Shown piece after piece: positions 11,410-23,382 of a stretch of 25,688 nt of DNA. The position numbers and the translations under genes are program-made. The stretch lies in the NCBI RefSeq assembly GCF_006345805.1, contig NW_021824439.1, positions 1 to 25,688 on the forward strand, read 5' to 3'. How positions within the stretch are numbered: position 1 is the stretch's first letter; each line of letters opens with the position of its first letter. A model generated the notes under the pieces. The model worked only from the letters and a program-made list of their open reading frames with translations. It did not search any database and was not told the origin of the DNA. Source of the stretch: Octopus sinensis (lineage: Eukaryota).

Positions 11410-13365
11410 CACTTATTTCAGTTTAGGAAATATATCGGTTTCTTTGCATATGTATAATGACTAGATTTATAAAAGATAGGCTACGAGAGTGCCTGATGTC
11501 CATATTTCACTTCAAGATATTATCAGCCACCTTACAAATGGGATTTATTTAAAACGAGAAATGGAAACGCAATCCTGTTGTCGGCGGGAAGCTTACAAAG
11601 ATCTCCACGTCATCTAATCTATTGAACTTTGCCTGTTTATTATTTCTTATTGTGTGTGATATCGGCTATTTCAAAGCTAAAGAAAATATTTAATAACGCT
11701 AGGTATATTTAATTCTACTTTCATTGATCACGTTCGCTACCTCGATGAGGTTTAGTTCTTCAAGTAGGAACTGTAATAAAGCCGAACAACAAACGGTTGC
11801 GAAAAGAATAGAAACTACTCTCATATTATTATTGGTAATGTTTCTTGTAGTCAAAATATTTCCTACTTCTTACTTTCCAAAATTATTGTAGTATAACTAA
11901 AGTAAACAAAAACACAGGAGAACACAAGAAAACAAAAATATTTGTTTAAATATTATCGTGGTAAAGGTAATTGTTGATAGAATAAAATTCTCCCAATCTT
12001 GGTTCGATTGTTTGTGAATCTTTGATAAAAAAAGGTCTGATGATTTTATCGGAGGAAACCTTCTTCTTAACTATTCTACAGAGAATGATTTCTGAAAAGT
12101 AGGGAAATGTTTCCAACATTGACGTAACTAGGAAGTTCCTCTTTCATCTTTCACCATCAAGAAAGGGTAAAAAAAACGTTGATAGTAATGTATATGAGGG
12201 AGTTGTTGAGTAAATGGTTCTGTAGCGTTATTGATAATGATGAGGGAACAAAAAAAATCTAGAATGCAAAATAATTGTTATTTTATATAATTATATACAA
12301 CGGTGCCAAGATACATGGGAAATGATAAACTTTGATACACTGAGATTTAGGGAGGATATCTCAATCACTTATATATATTATATATATTATATATATATAT
12401 ATATATGTATATGTATATGTATTTATGCATGTATATGTATGTGTATACATATATATATATATATTAATATATATATATGTATATATGTATATGTGTATAT
12501 ATCATGTATCTACCGTATTTACATATGTTTAAACACCCAAATACACACATATAATTCTAATGAATACACTATAGTAATATATATGCAGGTATAAGTCGAT
12601 GTGTGTATGTCTTAATATACATATTGGGAGAAAAAGGGGGAGAGAGAGAGAGAAGTTAACGTGATGTGTGTGCGTGTGTGTTAAATGAATAGCTGTTGTT
12701 ATATAATATAGATTTTCGTTACAAATTACTTTGCTCACGCTCCGTAATACATTGTTAACGTAGCAGATACTTCGCTATAAAATACCGAATTCTTAACTTG
12801 AAAGAATGGGAGAAAACGTCAAATATAATAATAATCCTGTAACACTATATAACTATAAAAACGAACATACAAATATACGTAAAAACGTCCATACGTATAT
12901 ACATATATGCGCGTATGGTTATATATACGTGTGTGTGTGAGCGTGTGAGCGTATATATATGCGTACATGGGTATGGTTTCATATATATGTATACATATAG
13001 ATGAGTGTGTAGGTGTGCATGTATGTGTTTCATGCGAGTGTGAGTGAGCATATGTATATATGTACATGAACGTGGGTGTGCGTGCACGCATGTGTATGTA
13101 TGTACATGAGAGCATACGCGAATCCTATGAGTAGCTTTTACTTTCTCCCTTTTAAGGTTTTTTCCCTTTATTTAACGATCATTCTTGTCTTAATAACTAA
13201 TGAGATGCCGAGTCAAATTTCCTCCCCGACATCCGAAACTGGGAGTTTTATTATGGTAACCGAACAATTTTCACATATTTTAGAGATAAATTCCTCTATT
13301 TAGATAATATCGAGGTATCAGTCATTCTTTTGTTGTCATAATATTACTATCAATATATATATGTA

Positions 13366-13756
13366 GGCGCAGAATGTGGCTGTGTGGTAATTGGCTTGCT
13401 TACTAACTACATGTCCGGGTTCAGTCCTACTGTGTGGCACCTTGGACAAGTGTCTTTTACTATAGCGTCGGGCCGACCAAAGCCTTCTGAGTTGATTTGG
13501 TAGACGGAAACTTAAAAAGAAGCTCGTCGTATATATGTATGTGTGTCTGTGTCTGTCCCCCCAACACTGCCCGACATTCGATGCTGGTGTGTTTACTTCT
13601 CCGTCAATTAGTGGTTCGGCAAAAAGAGAACCGATAGAATAAGTACTAGGCTTACGAAAAATAAGCCCTGTGGGTCGGATTTGCTCGACTAAATGGTGGT
13701 GCTCCAGTATGGCCGCAGTCAAATGACTGAAAGAAGTAAAAGAATAAAAGAAAGAA
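13366..13756 (+). mobile_element. Full-length tRNA-derived SINE family C with CORE-like central motif
   Basis: A box TGGCTGTGTGG, B-box-like GGTTCAGTCC, CORE-like CCTTGGACAAGT, and tail of AAAAGAAT-type repeats. Two further long copies and three fragments occur in the window. Confidence 0.9.
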
Positions 13757-14377
13757 TATATATATATACATATATATATATATAGATATATAGAGATATA
13801 TTCTATATATTATATATATATATATATATAATATATACAGAGAGAGAGAGATCGTTAGAGGGAGAGCGGGAGGGAGAAAGAGAAACATATATTTAGGGAT
13901 GGTCATTTTGTTTTTATATTCTTATGATTACATATTTATGTATACCTGCACATATATATGTATGTATGAATATGCATATATATAACTTTGAGTGCATATG
14001 TATCTATATCAATGAGTGTATGTATAATTGTGTGTACGTATCTACTGGCGTCCAAGGTAGGTCTCTTCTTTATCGTATTGCAAACCATGAACTTCTGGCA
14101 GAAACTTTTGTAGTTTTGTGTGTGTGTGATTACATATATCTAACGTTTGTCAACGTTTACAATCGAGTGTTGGGTTCGTTATTAATCTGTATGTCGTTCC
14201 ATATCGAGAAAACCTACAATCAATGATAGTCTGTGTTTGAGAATCCCAAACTTTTCTTTCAACCAAGGAACCTAGCTCGAGGCTCTCCAAGGTGTTATAT
14301 TCTAAAAGGGAGAACGTACACGACTTCAGGGAGATTTTCCTATTTCTGGAAAGACCCCTTAGAAGCTCACGCTCACA

Positions 14378-14535
14378 TTTTGTTTATTTCACACTCACAT
14401 AGCGGTTCGTGATAACAAAAGCAATGAAATAATTACTGGATTTAAATATTTTACTTAAACACTCAGGTCGGTACGACCTATTAAAACCCAAAAAGGCGCT
14501 GCTTCAGCGTGGCCGCATTTCAATGATAAAAAAGT
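14378..14535 (+). mobile_element. Diverged 3' half of SINE family C
   Basis: TAGCGGTTCG...AAGGCGCTGCTTCAGCGTGGCCGCA aligns with 13609-13717. Confidence 0.6.
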
Positions 14536-14827
14536 ATCGAGTATATAGATAAAATACAAATATATATATATGTGTGTGTGTGGGTGTGTGTGTGTATCTA
14601 TAAATATATATATGCATATATAGATATATATATATACATATATATATACACTCACATATACATAAATATAGAAAGAGAGAGTGACAGAGAGAGAGAGAGT
14701 AGAGAGAGAGATAAAAGAGAGAAAACTACAACGCACGTACATATATATATCATACATACATACATACATACATACAAATATTATATATATATATCTATAA
14801 TAAATAATAATAATAATAATTTTTATA

Positions 14828-14859
<32 letters not shown>

Positions 14860-15844
14860 ATGAGAGAGAGAGAGAGAGGGAGAAAGAGAAAGAGGGAGAG
14901 ACAGAGAGAAAGAGGGAGAGAGAGATTCAAAGAATTATATATGCATGTATATGTACTATATTAGTGTTTTAAAGTGTAAATTTATGCAAAGATCTGAAGC
15001 AAAATATTCTCTTTAAACTTTGTATCTCATCTACTTTTGGGTTAAGATGGTCAACAGAGTACTGAAGAATAAAGAGAAGATTCCTTCCGATAAGAATTAG
15101 AGCGTTGGGCGATAATGGGTAACTAAAAAAAGGAGCTTAAAAGATAATTTAGTGTATAATCGAAGAATGAGAAATATGAAGAAAGAAAATGAGCAAAAAT
15201 AATGAAAAGCAAAAAGAATATACTAGACAACTATTTACAAAGAGAAAGACAGATAAGAGTGTGAAAATGGGAAATATCTCGAAGAAGAAGTGAAGGAGGT
15301 GAATTAGAGAGAAAGAGAATATTGGTAAATGAAAGGTATGAAGAAGTGGAATCTCAAAAGATAGCAATCGCTTGAGAGAATGAAGAAATTTATGGCTGAC
15401 GTTGCTGTTCAAAGACCAAATATGATGATAGCATACGTGATTGCTGGCTTGTAATCAATGTAGTGAACTTGAAAGACTGGCGATTAGTAAAACATAAACT
15501 AATGGCAACAGCATCGAATTAAGGAATGGTTTTCAAAGCAGGGACTGGGTTAATTTTGTCTTTGAATATTTATATTAACTTATATAGTAACATCTTCCCT
15601 GTACTATATTTCGACAAATAAGCTGATTTTAGAAGCTACTACGACGTATATTAAGCAGTTTCATTTTGTATGTAATCTTGACCTTACTTGTATTCCGTAA
15701 CTCTTCTTTAATGTATTGTTATTGTGGTGCTCGTGATTCCTAGCACTATGTAGGTCATTAGATACACACACACACACACGCATGTTTCTTCTTTTCTCTC
15801 TGACTCTCTCTCTCTCTCTCTATGTATCTATCTGGTTGTCGGTC

Positions 15845-15892
<48 letters not shown>

Positions 15893-16708
15893 TGTGTGTT
15901 TGTATGTGTGTGTATATATATGCAATTATTTCGTAACATACTATTATACAATAGATCTATTTTGTATTTCCTAGATTCTCATTTCTGGTCTTCAGATACA
16001 TCCGTTTTCTTTCTTTGACTAAGTTGAGCGGATTTTGTTCTTCCGTTTGATCGTTCATCCATCCATCCATCAATCCCTTCATCAACTGATAAATCCACCT
16101 ATCCTATGATCTCTGTCATTTATTTCTTTTTGTCCCTGTCCCCCATTCTCGCTCTCTATGTATATATACCTATATCTATATGTATATCTTTATGTATGTA
16201 TGTATACATGCATTCATACACACACACACACACACACAATACTTACAACTACGTAAATCTAAAATAAAACTCCGCCTGTACTCAAAAACACTAGATGGAA
16301 TTAACTCGTTCACTAACTGAACATTTTTGTGCAGTCATCATTGATGTCCTACGGAAAGAACTTTGTCACAGTTGTTCTCATATGTCGTTCATTGACAGCC
16401 ATATATCCTTATTATTTCTGAGCAGATATTATGAGTACAGCTGGTAGATGAACTTGAAGGTCTTCTTTCGTGAATTGAAAATCCTAAAATTGATGCAACC
16501 GCTTCAGATGGTCCAATATAATTACATATTAGGTATTGACTAATTTATTTATCATTGTTTATTTGAACGGCAGCTTGATCATTTCCTTTCAGCGTGTACT
16601 TGATGACATACTAAATTGACCTCACTGCGGCAACGATTTCAACGTTGCAGTGGAATTTGAATGCTCTTAAAAGAGTTTCGTTATAAGGTAAACCCATTTG
16701 TTCTTCGC

Positions 16709-16770
<62 letters not shown>

Positions 16771-16859
16771 CTTTCTATCAATCTATCTATCAATCTATCT
16801 ATCTATCTCTTATATATATATATATAATATAATATATATATATATACACACATGTATAT

Positions 16860-17100
16860 ACGAGAAAGAAGCAACAAGAATGGATTGGTTTTTAGTACAA
16901 TTGTTTCATACAATTTGTATGAAACCATTGTATGAAACAATTGTACTAAAAACCAATCCATTCTTGTTGCTTCTTTCTCGTTTATAATCACCCCACATTA
17001 CTGTATGGATAACACCATATAGTTTTTCTGGTGCATCTAAGTTAAGTACCACATTCAAGTAAATTCATTGGAAGTTACTTGAATCTTAATTGCTTTGATT
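16860..17100. mobile_element. Fold-back, Penelope-like terminal repeat fragment with a 55-bp perfect inverted repeat
   Basis: Arms 16860-16914 and 16927-16981 are exact reverse complements with a 12-nt spacer. The downstream part matches 1594-1710. Each arm contains GAAA-CAATTG-TA, a hammerhead 3' half. Confidence 0.65.
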
Positions 17101-17198
17101 GGACACACATGTATATATATATACATTCCTCTTGTTCGAAAACATTTTTGTAATGTAAACCTACATATTTGTAGGTTTACAGATACGGATTCATTAAT

Positions 17199-17390
17199 AG
17201 TTTCAAATATTTTGGTACAATGCCAACAATTTTGCAGGGATAAGTCGATTATATCGGCCTCAATGCTCAACTGGTATTTCTCTTATAAACCCACAAAAAG
17301 ATGAAAGATAAAGACGACACCGGTGCCATTTGAACTCAGAACCTAAAGACAGACAAAATGGTGCAAATTTCTGTCACTTCGGCACCTTAA
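17199..17390 (-). mobile_element. Diverged SINE family B copy
   Basis: AGTCGATTATATCGG...CAACTGGTA...ATTTGAACTCAGAAC...AGACAGACAAAATG is collinear with the other B copies. Confidence 0.78.
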
Positions 17391-17732
17391 TGACACGGGT
17401 GTAATACCATAAACAGTATATAGATTCCCCTCTTGTTTGACAACCTTTAAATGTGGCTGAGATTAATATAGTAATCCCCTGGGTTAATGCTCAAATGAAA
17501 TGGTATATGTGTGCGTATGTGTGTGCATACATACATATACATATTCAGAAACATTTCCATGACATAAGGTGTTCCAGCTATGAAGACACGTTTATAATTA
17601 ATACGTTTTTGTGCCAGTAAGTTTTTGAAGAGTTGGCGTATTCTGATGGTACAGTAAAGGAAGAATCAACAGCAAAAGATAGGATACCAATAGTGTGTGA
17701 ATCCTTACTATATATCTATGTATATAATATAA

Positions 17733-17768
<36 letters not shown>

Positions 17769-17919
17769 ATATATATATATATATATGGGTGTGTATATAA
17801 TATGGATACATATGTATAAATATATGTGTGTATGTGTGTATAAATACATATTCATCTGAAACTAAATTTTGCTAACTTATAATGCATATTATAGTATATA
17901 TATGTATATATATGTATAG

Positions 17920-17946
<27 letters not shown>

Positions 17947-17953
<7 letters not shown>

Positions 17954-19610
17954 TTAGAGACAAAACCACTATTTTGCAAAAAACAACAAGTAAAGACTTA
18001 ATCAATACATAAAATTTTAATAAATAGTCAAAAAAACCGTTTCTTGTCTTGATCGACAATCTTCAGGTGGACTTCCAATCTAAAAAATCAATATTTTAAA
18101 ATATAAAATAATAATTTTAAAATAATTAAAGTATGAATGAAAACATATAAGTATATATCCATATATAACCTATATATAATCCATATAAAACAATATATAA
18201 ACAATATATAAACTAAAAAAACCTATCAACAATTAAATATAAACTATAAAATATAAAATATAATATATAAACAAAACAAAAAAAAATAATAATACTATAA
18301 TATAAACTATATATACACCCATACACATATACATAATTATATATAACCATATCTAACTACATACACTAAATCACACACCTATATATATATCCCTATATAT
18401 ACACATAAAAACGTCTAGGCAACTATAAATAAAATAAAATTGCTAAATACTTCAACACAATACTTATTCATACTCCCACCACACACATACACAACCCACA
18501 TTCACGCTCTAGAAAACGGACATCACTCAAAACTATGAACGGAGAAATGGAATAAATGGAATTAAAAATTATATTCACTTGGTAAAAACGAACACTACTT
18601 AAAAATTATGAATGAACAATGCAATAAAACAACAGACATCGCAAATAGACACAAATTACTACGAATTCTTAATAAACCTATTATGAAAACCAAAACTCAT
18701 AAAAACATATAATGATAAAATCTCCCTTTACTAAACTCTATAACAAACCTATATAGCAATCCCCCTAGCCTAAACATTCACACACAAATACACACACGTA
18801 AACCACACACCCACGACATATACAAATACCCACACCACTTACACATACCAATACATACATATAAACCTCAACATATACTCCAAAAACCCACTCAACCCCA
18901 CACAGACAAATAAACACAAAAAAACACAAAAATTATGAATGGATTCTTTTATAAAACTACCATGATAAGCTAAAACTCACAAAACAGAAATGATAAAACC
19001 TCCCTTTACTAAACACTATAACATACTTATATAGCAATCCCTTTAACCTATACATTCACACACAAAAACACACACGTAAACCACACACCCATAACAAATA
19101 CAAACACCCACCCCACTCACACACACCCACAAGTACATATAAGCCTCAACATATACACCAAACAAATTACTTTACCAAGGAACTTAACATATGTATAAAA
19201 AAGTATAACCGCTCTGGAAACGAACATCTCTAAATTAATGAATGGAGAAATGGAATAAATGGAATTAAAATAATATTCACGTGGCAAAACGAACACACTC
19301 AAAAATATGAATGAAACAATGTAATAAAACAACCAACATCGAAAATAGACAAATTACCACGAATTCCCTAAAAAAACCATGATAAACCAAAACTCTAAAA
19401 AACATATACGATAAAATCTCCCTTTGCTAAACTCTATAACAAACCTCTATTTATTAAAATTTTATGATTGATTAAGTCTTTCCTTGTTTGTTTGCAAAAT
19501 AGTGGTTTTGTCTCTAATAATATTTTATAATATTTTACTATAAAATTGGATTTAATCCTAAATCTGATTTTTTTCCCTGTAAATTTGGATTATTCCCTAA
19601 TATTTATTAT

Positions 19611-19613
<3 letters not shown>
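17947..19613. mobile_element. Non-coding Penelope-like element with about 80-bp inverted repeats, a hammerhead-like motif and an A/C-skewed duplicated interior
   Basis: 17947-18027 and 19447-19524 are near-perfect reverse complements. A hammerhead core lies directly inside the left arm. The interior is G-poor with internal duplications and no credible ORF. Confidence 0.65.
18026..18073 (-). ncRNA. Degenerate minimal type I hammerhead ribozyme motif
   Basis: Minus strand AGUCCAC-CUGAAGA-UUGUC(GAUCAA)GACAA-GAAA-CGGUUUUUUUGACU. Core boxes and a 5-bp helix II are intact; helices I and III are partly decayed. Confidence 0.6.
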
Positions 19614-19653
<40 letters not shown>

Positions 19654-20039
19654 AATATACATATATTTATATATTATATATATATATATATATATGTATA
19701 TATAAATATACATATATTTATATATATGTATATATATATGTGTATATATAAATATACATATATATGTGTGTGTGTGAGGATAGATTTATGTTTGAATGTG
19801 TGTATAAAATTTATACACATCAAATCATTCAATTTTTGCACATTTGTCCTTTTATTAATTTACATCTACTTTTTTTTCTTCTCCTTCATTGTTATTGTTA
19901 TTATTATTATCTTTTTATCTTTTTATTATTTCTCTTTTTCGTTTTGTTTTTTCGTCTCCAATACCTCAATTCAGTAGGGCAATATGCCATGGAGATAAAA
20001 GCAGAGGAACCACACAAAATAATTTATCTACAACCACGG

Positions 20040-20088
20040 CTCCTGCCCCTGCCCCTACTGCTACTGCCACCGCCGCTGCAGCTACTGT

Positions 20089-20138
<50 letters not shown>

Positions 20139-20409
20139 TTACTACTCCTACTACTACCACCACCACCACCACCACCACCACCACCACTACGACTAATACT
20201 ACGACTACTACTACGACTACTACTATTACTGCTACTACTGCTACTACTACTACTACTACCACTACCACTACTAATATTACAACTGGTGCTGCCATTACTA
20301 CTACTACTCCTACTACCACTACTATTACTACTACTACTACCACTGCTGCTGCCTCTGCTTCTGCTGCTACTACTTCTACCACTACTAATATTACTACTGC
20401 TGTTACTGT

Positions 20410-20458
<49 letters not shown>

Positions 20459-20485
20459 ACCACTCCAGCTGCTGCTGCAGTTGCT
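20040..20485. repeat. Compound trinucleotide repeat (CTA/CCA/CTG)n
   Basis: About 445 bp of in-phase trinucleotides; produces the poly-T/A, poly-L/P and poly-V ORFs. Confidence 0.93.
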
Positions 20486-21052
20486 GATAATTTTATTATA
20501 TATATATATTATATATATATATATATATAATATATATATTTACTTTTTTTTTTTTTTTGCAGCAATTCATGTAGTTTGTCATAGATTTCATTTCTGCAAA
20601 AGCTTTCTATTTTTAGCCCTGCTAATAGCATTTGTATTTAAAAGCCAATTTCACTTCTAGTTTTCTTCTTTCTGCAAAATGTTTTCGCGATTTGATTGTG
20701 TGTGTAACGACATTCTCCTTCTGCTTGCTTAACGCTTACTTGAAAATGTTACTTCAAATGATTTGTAATAGACGCGCACGATATACGCATACGCACATGC
20801 ATAGACGTTTATGCATATATATATATATATATATATATATACTTGTACAATCAGCGTCTATATACATAGCGATTTACGTCAATCATAGCAGAATAAATTC
20901 AGTCAGCCAACTATACAAAGATACATATATAAATTCACATATGCGTACATAAAAACATATATATATACATACCCGCTTGTGCACACAATATATTTCATTA
21001 ACTACATATATATATATATAAATATGCTTATATATATATATATAGGTATCAA

Positions 21053-21060
21053 TCTCTCTC

Positions 21061-21147
<87 letters not shown>

Positions 21148-21165
21148 CTCTCTCTGTCTGTCTGC
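21053..21165. repeat. (TCTA)n microsatellite
   Basis: Directly visible. Confidence 0.96.
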
Positions 21166-21427
21166 CTCGTATGTAGATAGGATTATAATCCAAGTAGTGT
21201 CCTCATTATGTTAATTTTAGTCTCGTTATATTTATAATTGGATCTGTCTTTACAGATTTTACTCCACGTATCACTTTACAAAAACTATTGTTAATGAAAC
21301 ATTTAATACGTAATAAGTAATGCCAAAAAATTCCATTTTTCTGAATTAAAACACACACACACGCACACACATGCGCTTACATACACAGTCTATATGTATA
21401 TATTATGTGTACATGTATCTTTTACTT

Positions 21428-21762
21428 TAAAGACTATTTGCTACCACAATGTGGCTGTCCTGGAGGGAGGACGATTGCTACTATTGCTTAGCCCCAGGAA
21501 ACATCTTTTCTAACTCCCTATAAACATCGTTTTCAGCTGGTTATATGAAACAATATCTATGTCCTTATATTTTCAAACATGAAGCCCAGCACTACTATCC
21601 AGCACAAAAAAAAAAACATCCGTGGACTGGTTTCTAGGTTATTGCTCTCTATCAGCACAGAATAGCCGTTTGACTAGGTGGCGTTGCTGAATTCCCGTAA
21701 GAAAATTTATAATTTTCAGAGTGACACACAAATAACTCATCTCATAAATAGAAACATTATTA
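21428..21762 (-). mobile_element. Hammerhead-bearing short element, family D copy 1 (Penelope-like terminal repeat or retrozyme-like)
   Basis: Collinear with 23383-23688 (TAAAGACTATTTGC, TTAGCCCCAGGAA, CAGCTGG, TGTCCTTATATTTTC, ATCAGCACAGAATA). Confidence 0.75.
21619..21661 (-). ncRNA. Degenerate minimal type I hammerhead ribozyme motif
   Basis: Minus strand UCUGUG-CUGAUAGA-GAGCAAUAACCUA-GAAA-CCAG-UC-CACGGA. Helix I pairs with one GU, the cleavage triplet is GUC, and the core has an extra or mutated base. Confidence 0.6.
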
Positions 21763-21774
21763 TTTCTAAATCTC

Positions 21775-21881
21775 TCAAGACTATGGCCATGCTAAGGCCC
21801 TGCTTTGCAGAATCATAGTCGAACACATCTACTGTATTACTTATATCTTTTTAAAGACTTGTTGTTATTCCATCGGTCTCC
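21775..21881 (-). mobile_element. Diverged 3' fragment of SINE family C
   Basis: Minus strand GAGACCGATGGAATAA...TTCGACTA...AGCATGGCCATAGTC matches the family C tail. Confidence 0.6.
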
Positions 21882-22362
21882 ATGATGCTTAAACCTGACA
21901 CGGCTGAGAACGTCAAGTCAGGATTCGAACAGCCTCAGACATAAATCTCATGACAGGATGGGGGGGGTCTTTGCTGGAGTTGTCCGGTCTTGCTTTGCCT
22001 TCTTGCTTCGTTTTCAATCATTCCCGTCTCCTGGAAAATGGAACAGAAATTAATTGCTCTTCACTACGACGGACGGTCGGCGGATTGTCTTTCTTAGGTG
22101 TTAGGGATGATTCCCATTTGCCAGATATTGACCCTGTATCGAAAAGACTTCAACAAGCTTCTTAACATCAAATGACAGGACCGACGCACAAACAACTAAG
22201 TGCTCACTCGCTCAGAAATGATGAGCGTTGAAGCTGTCATCCTCCAGCATCGCCTTTGGTGATCAAAACATGTCATCCGGATGGCCACTTCTGGACGCCC
22301 GTGGACCGTCTTCCACATCGAACTCGTCAATGTCAAACGACACCGAGGAGCCCCAAACCATA
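21882..22362. other. Unclassified complex, GC-richer island, probably retroelement-derived
   Basis: High-complexity sequence with stops in the frames examined. A perfect B box (GTTCGAATCC) lies on the minus strand at 21921-21930, and a stem-loop CTCG..TGTC-AAAC-GACA..CGAG precedes a microsatellite. Confidence 0.3.
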
Positions 22363-22376
22363 TCTGTATATAGTTT

Positions 22377-22444
<68 letters not shown>

Positions 22445-22701
22445 GATATATATTTATATACATACATATAAGTATATAAATGGGCATGTATATATATATA
22501 TATATCTGTGTGTATGTATGTATATCTATATCTATATCTATCTTTCTATATGTGTGTGTGTGTCTGTATAGATATATATATTTACATACATACATACAAG
22601 TATATAGATAGGCATGTATATATGTATAAATATATATATCTCTGTGTGTATGTATATATACCTATATCTATATCTACTATCTATCTATCTATCTATACAT
22701 A

Positions 22702-22766
<65 letters not shown>

Positions 22767-22797
22767 TGTGGTGTGTGTGTGTATATACACACACATA
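22363..22797. repeat. Compound microsatellite (TA)n/(TG)n/(CTAT)n
   Basis: Directly visible. Confidence 0.93.
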
Positions 22798-23382
22798 AAT
22801 GTAGACATAGATGTACCAGTAACCGCTCCCGTCCCCTGACCACCCAGTCTACTACACGCTGAAGTCATCGAAATATTTATACATGTATGCGCGCTTGTGT
22901 GTATGCGGAAATGTATCCTCCATATTTGCTTACATATGCATCGTTAATTAACTGTTTAGAAACTATAGAAACATTTATTACCCGTATGAATTTAGCAATA
23001 ATGTAATTAAGCAAAAATTATCGTATTCAACCATGAATCTAATGAAATCATTTCGATGGCATTTGAATGATTTATATAAATAGTTTATGGTTTTGTCATC
23101 ATTATATAATATTTTAATTTGAATTGCGGTAATATATGCATTCACGAATATATAATCGATGCCATTTCGTGAGAAACAACTACGAAATTCCACTCATATT
23201 AAATGTCACTGTGTTAAAAATAAAATAAAATACAGGTAGCCATTTATACGATACACTATGGTCATTAAAATATGTACCAATTATTTTCACTTGCATGGCT
23301 GACCGTATGACTGCCTCCGCATTGACCTGAAATCATATAAAGAGCAACGGTATCGAAATCGCTAAAAACATGTCTATGTCAG

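Noticed and set aside
11700-11770. Minus-strand exon FLLEELNLIE after TTTATTACAG
   Set aside because: Short, with no convincing donor and no recognisable homology.
16803-16991. Two opposite-strand ORFs sharing EKEATRMDWFLVQLFHT
   Set aside because: Artefact of the perfect inverted repeat.
18506-19446. CRISPR-like or regular tandem array
   Set aside because: The units are long (about 170-210 bp), diverged and irregularly ordered, with no repeat-spacer pattern, and the context is eukaryotic.
22263-22361. Acidic peptide MVWGSSVSFDIDEFDVEDGPRASRSGHPDDMF as a host exon
   Set aside because: No splice context or homology was recognised, and the upstream part of the ORF is microsatellite.
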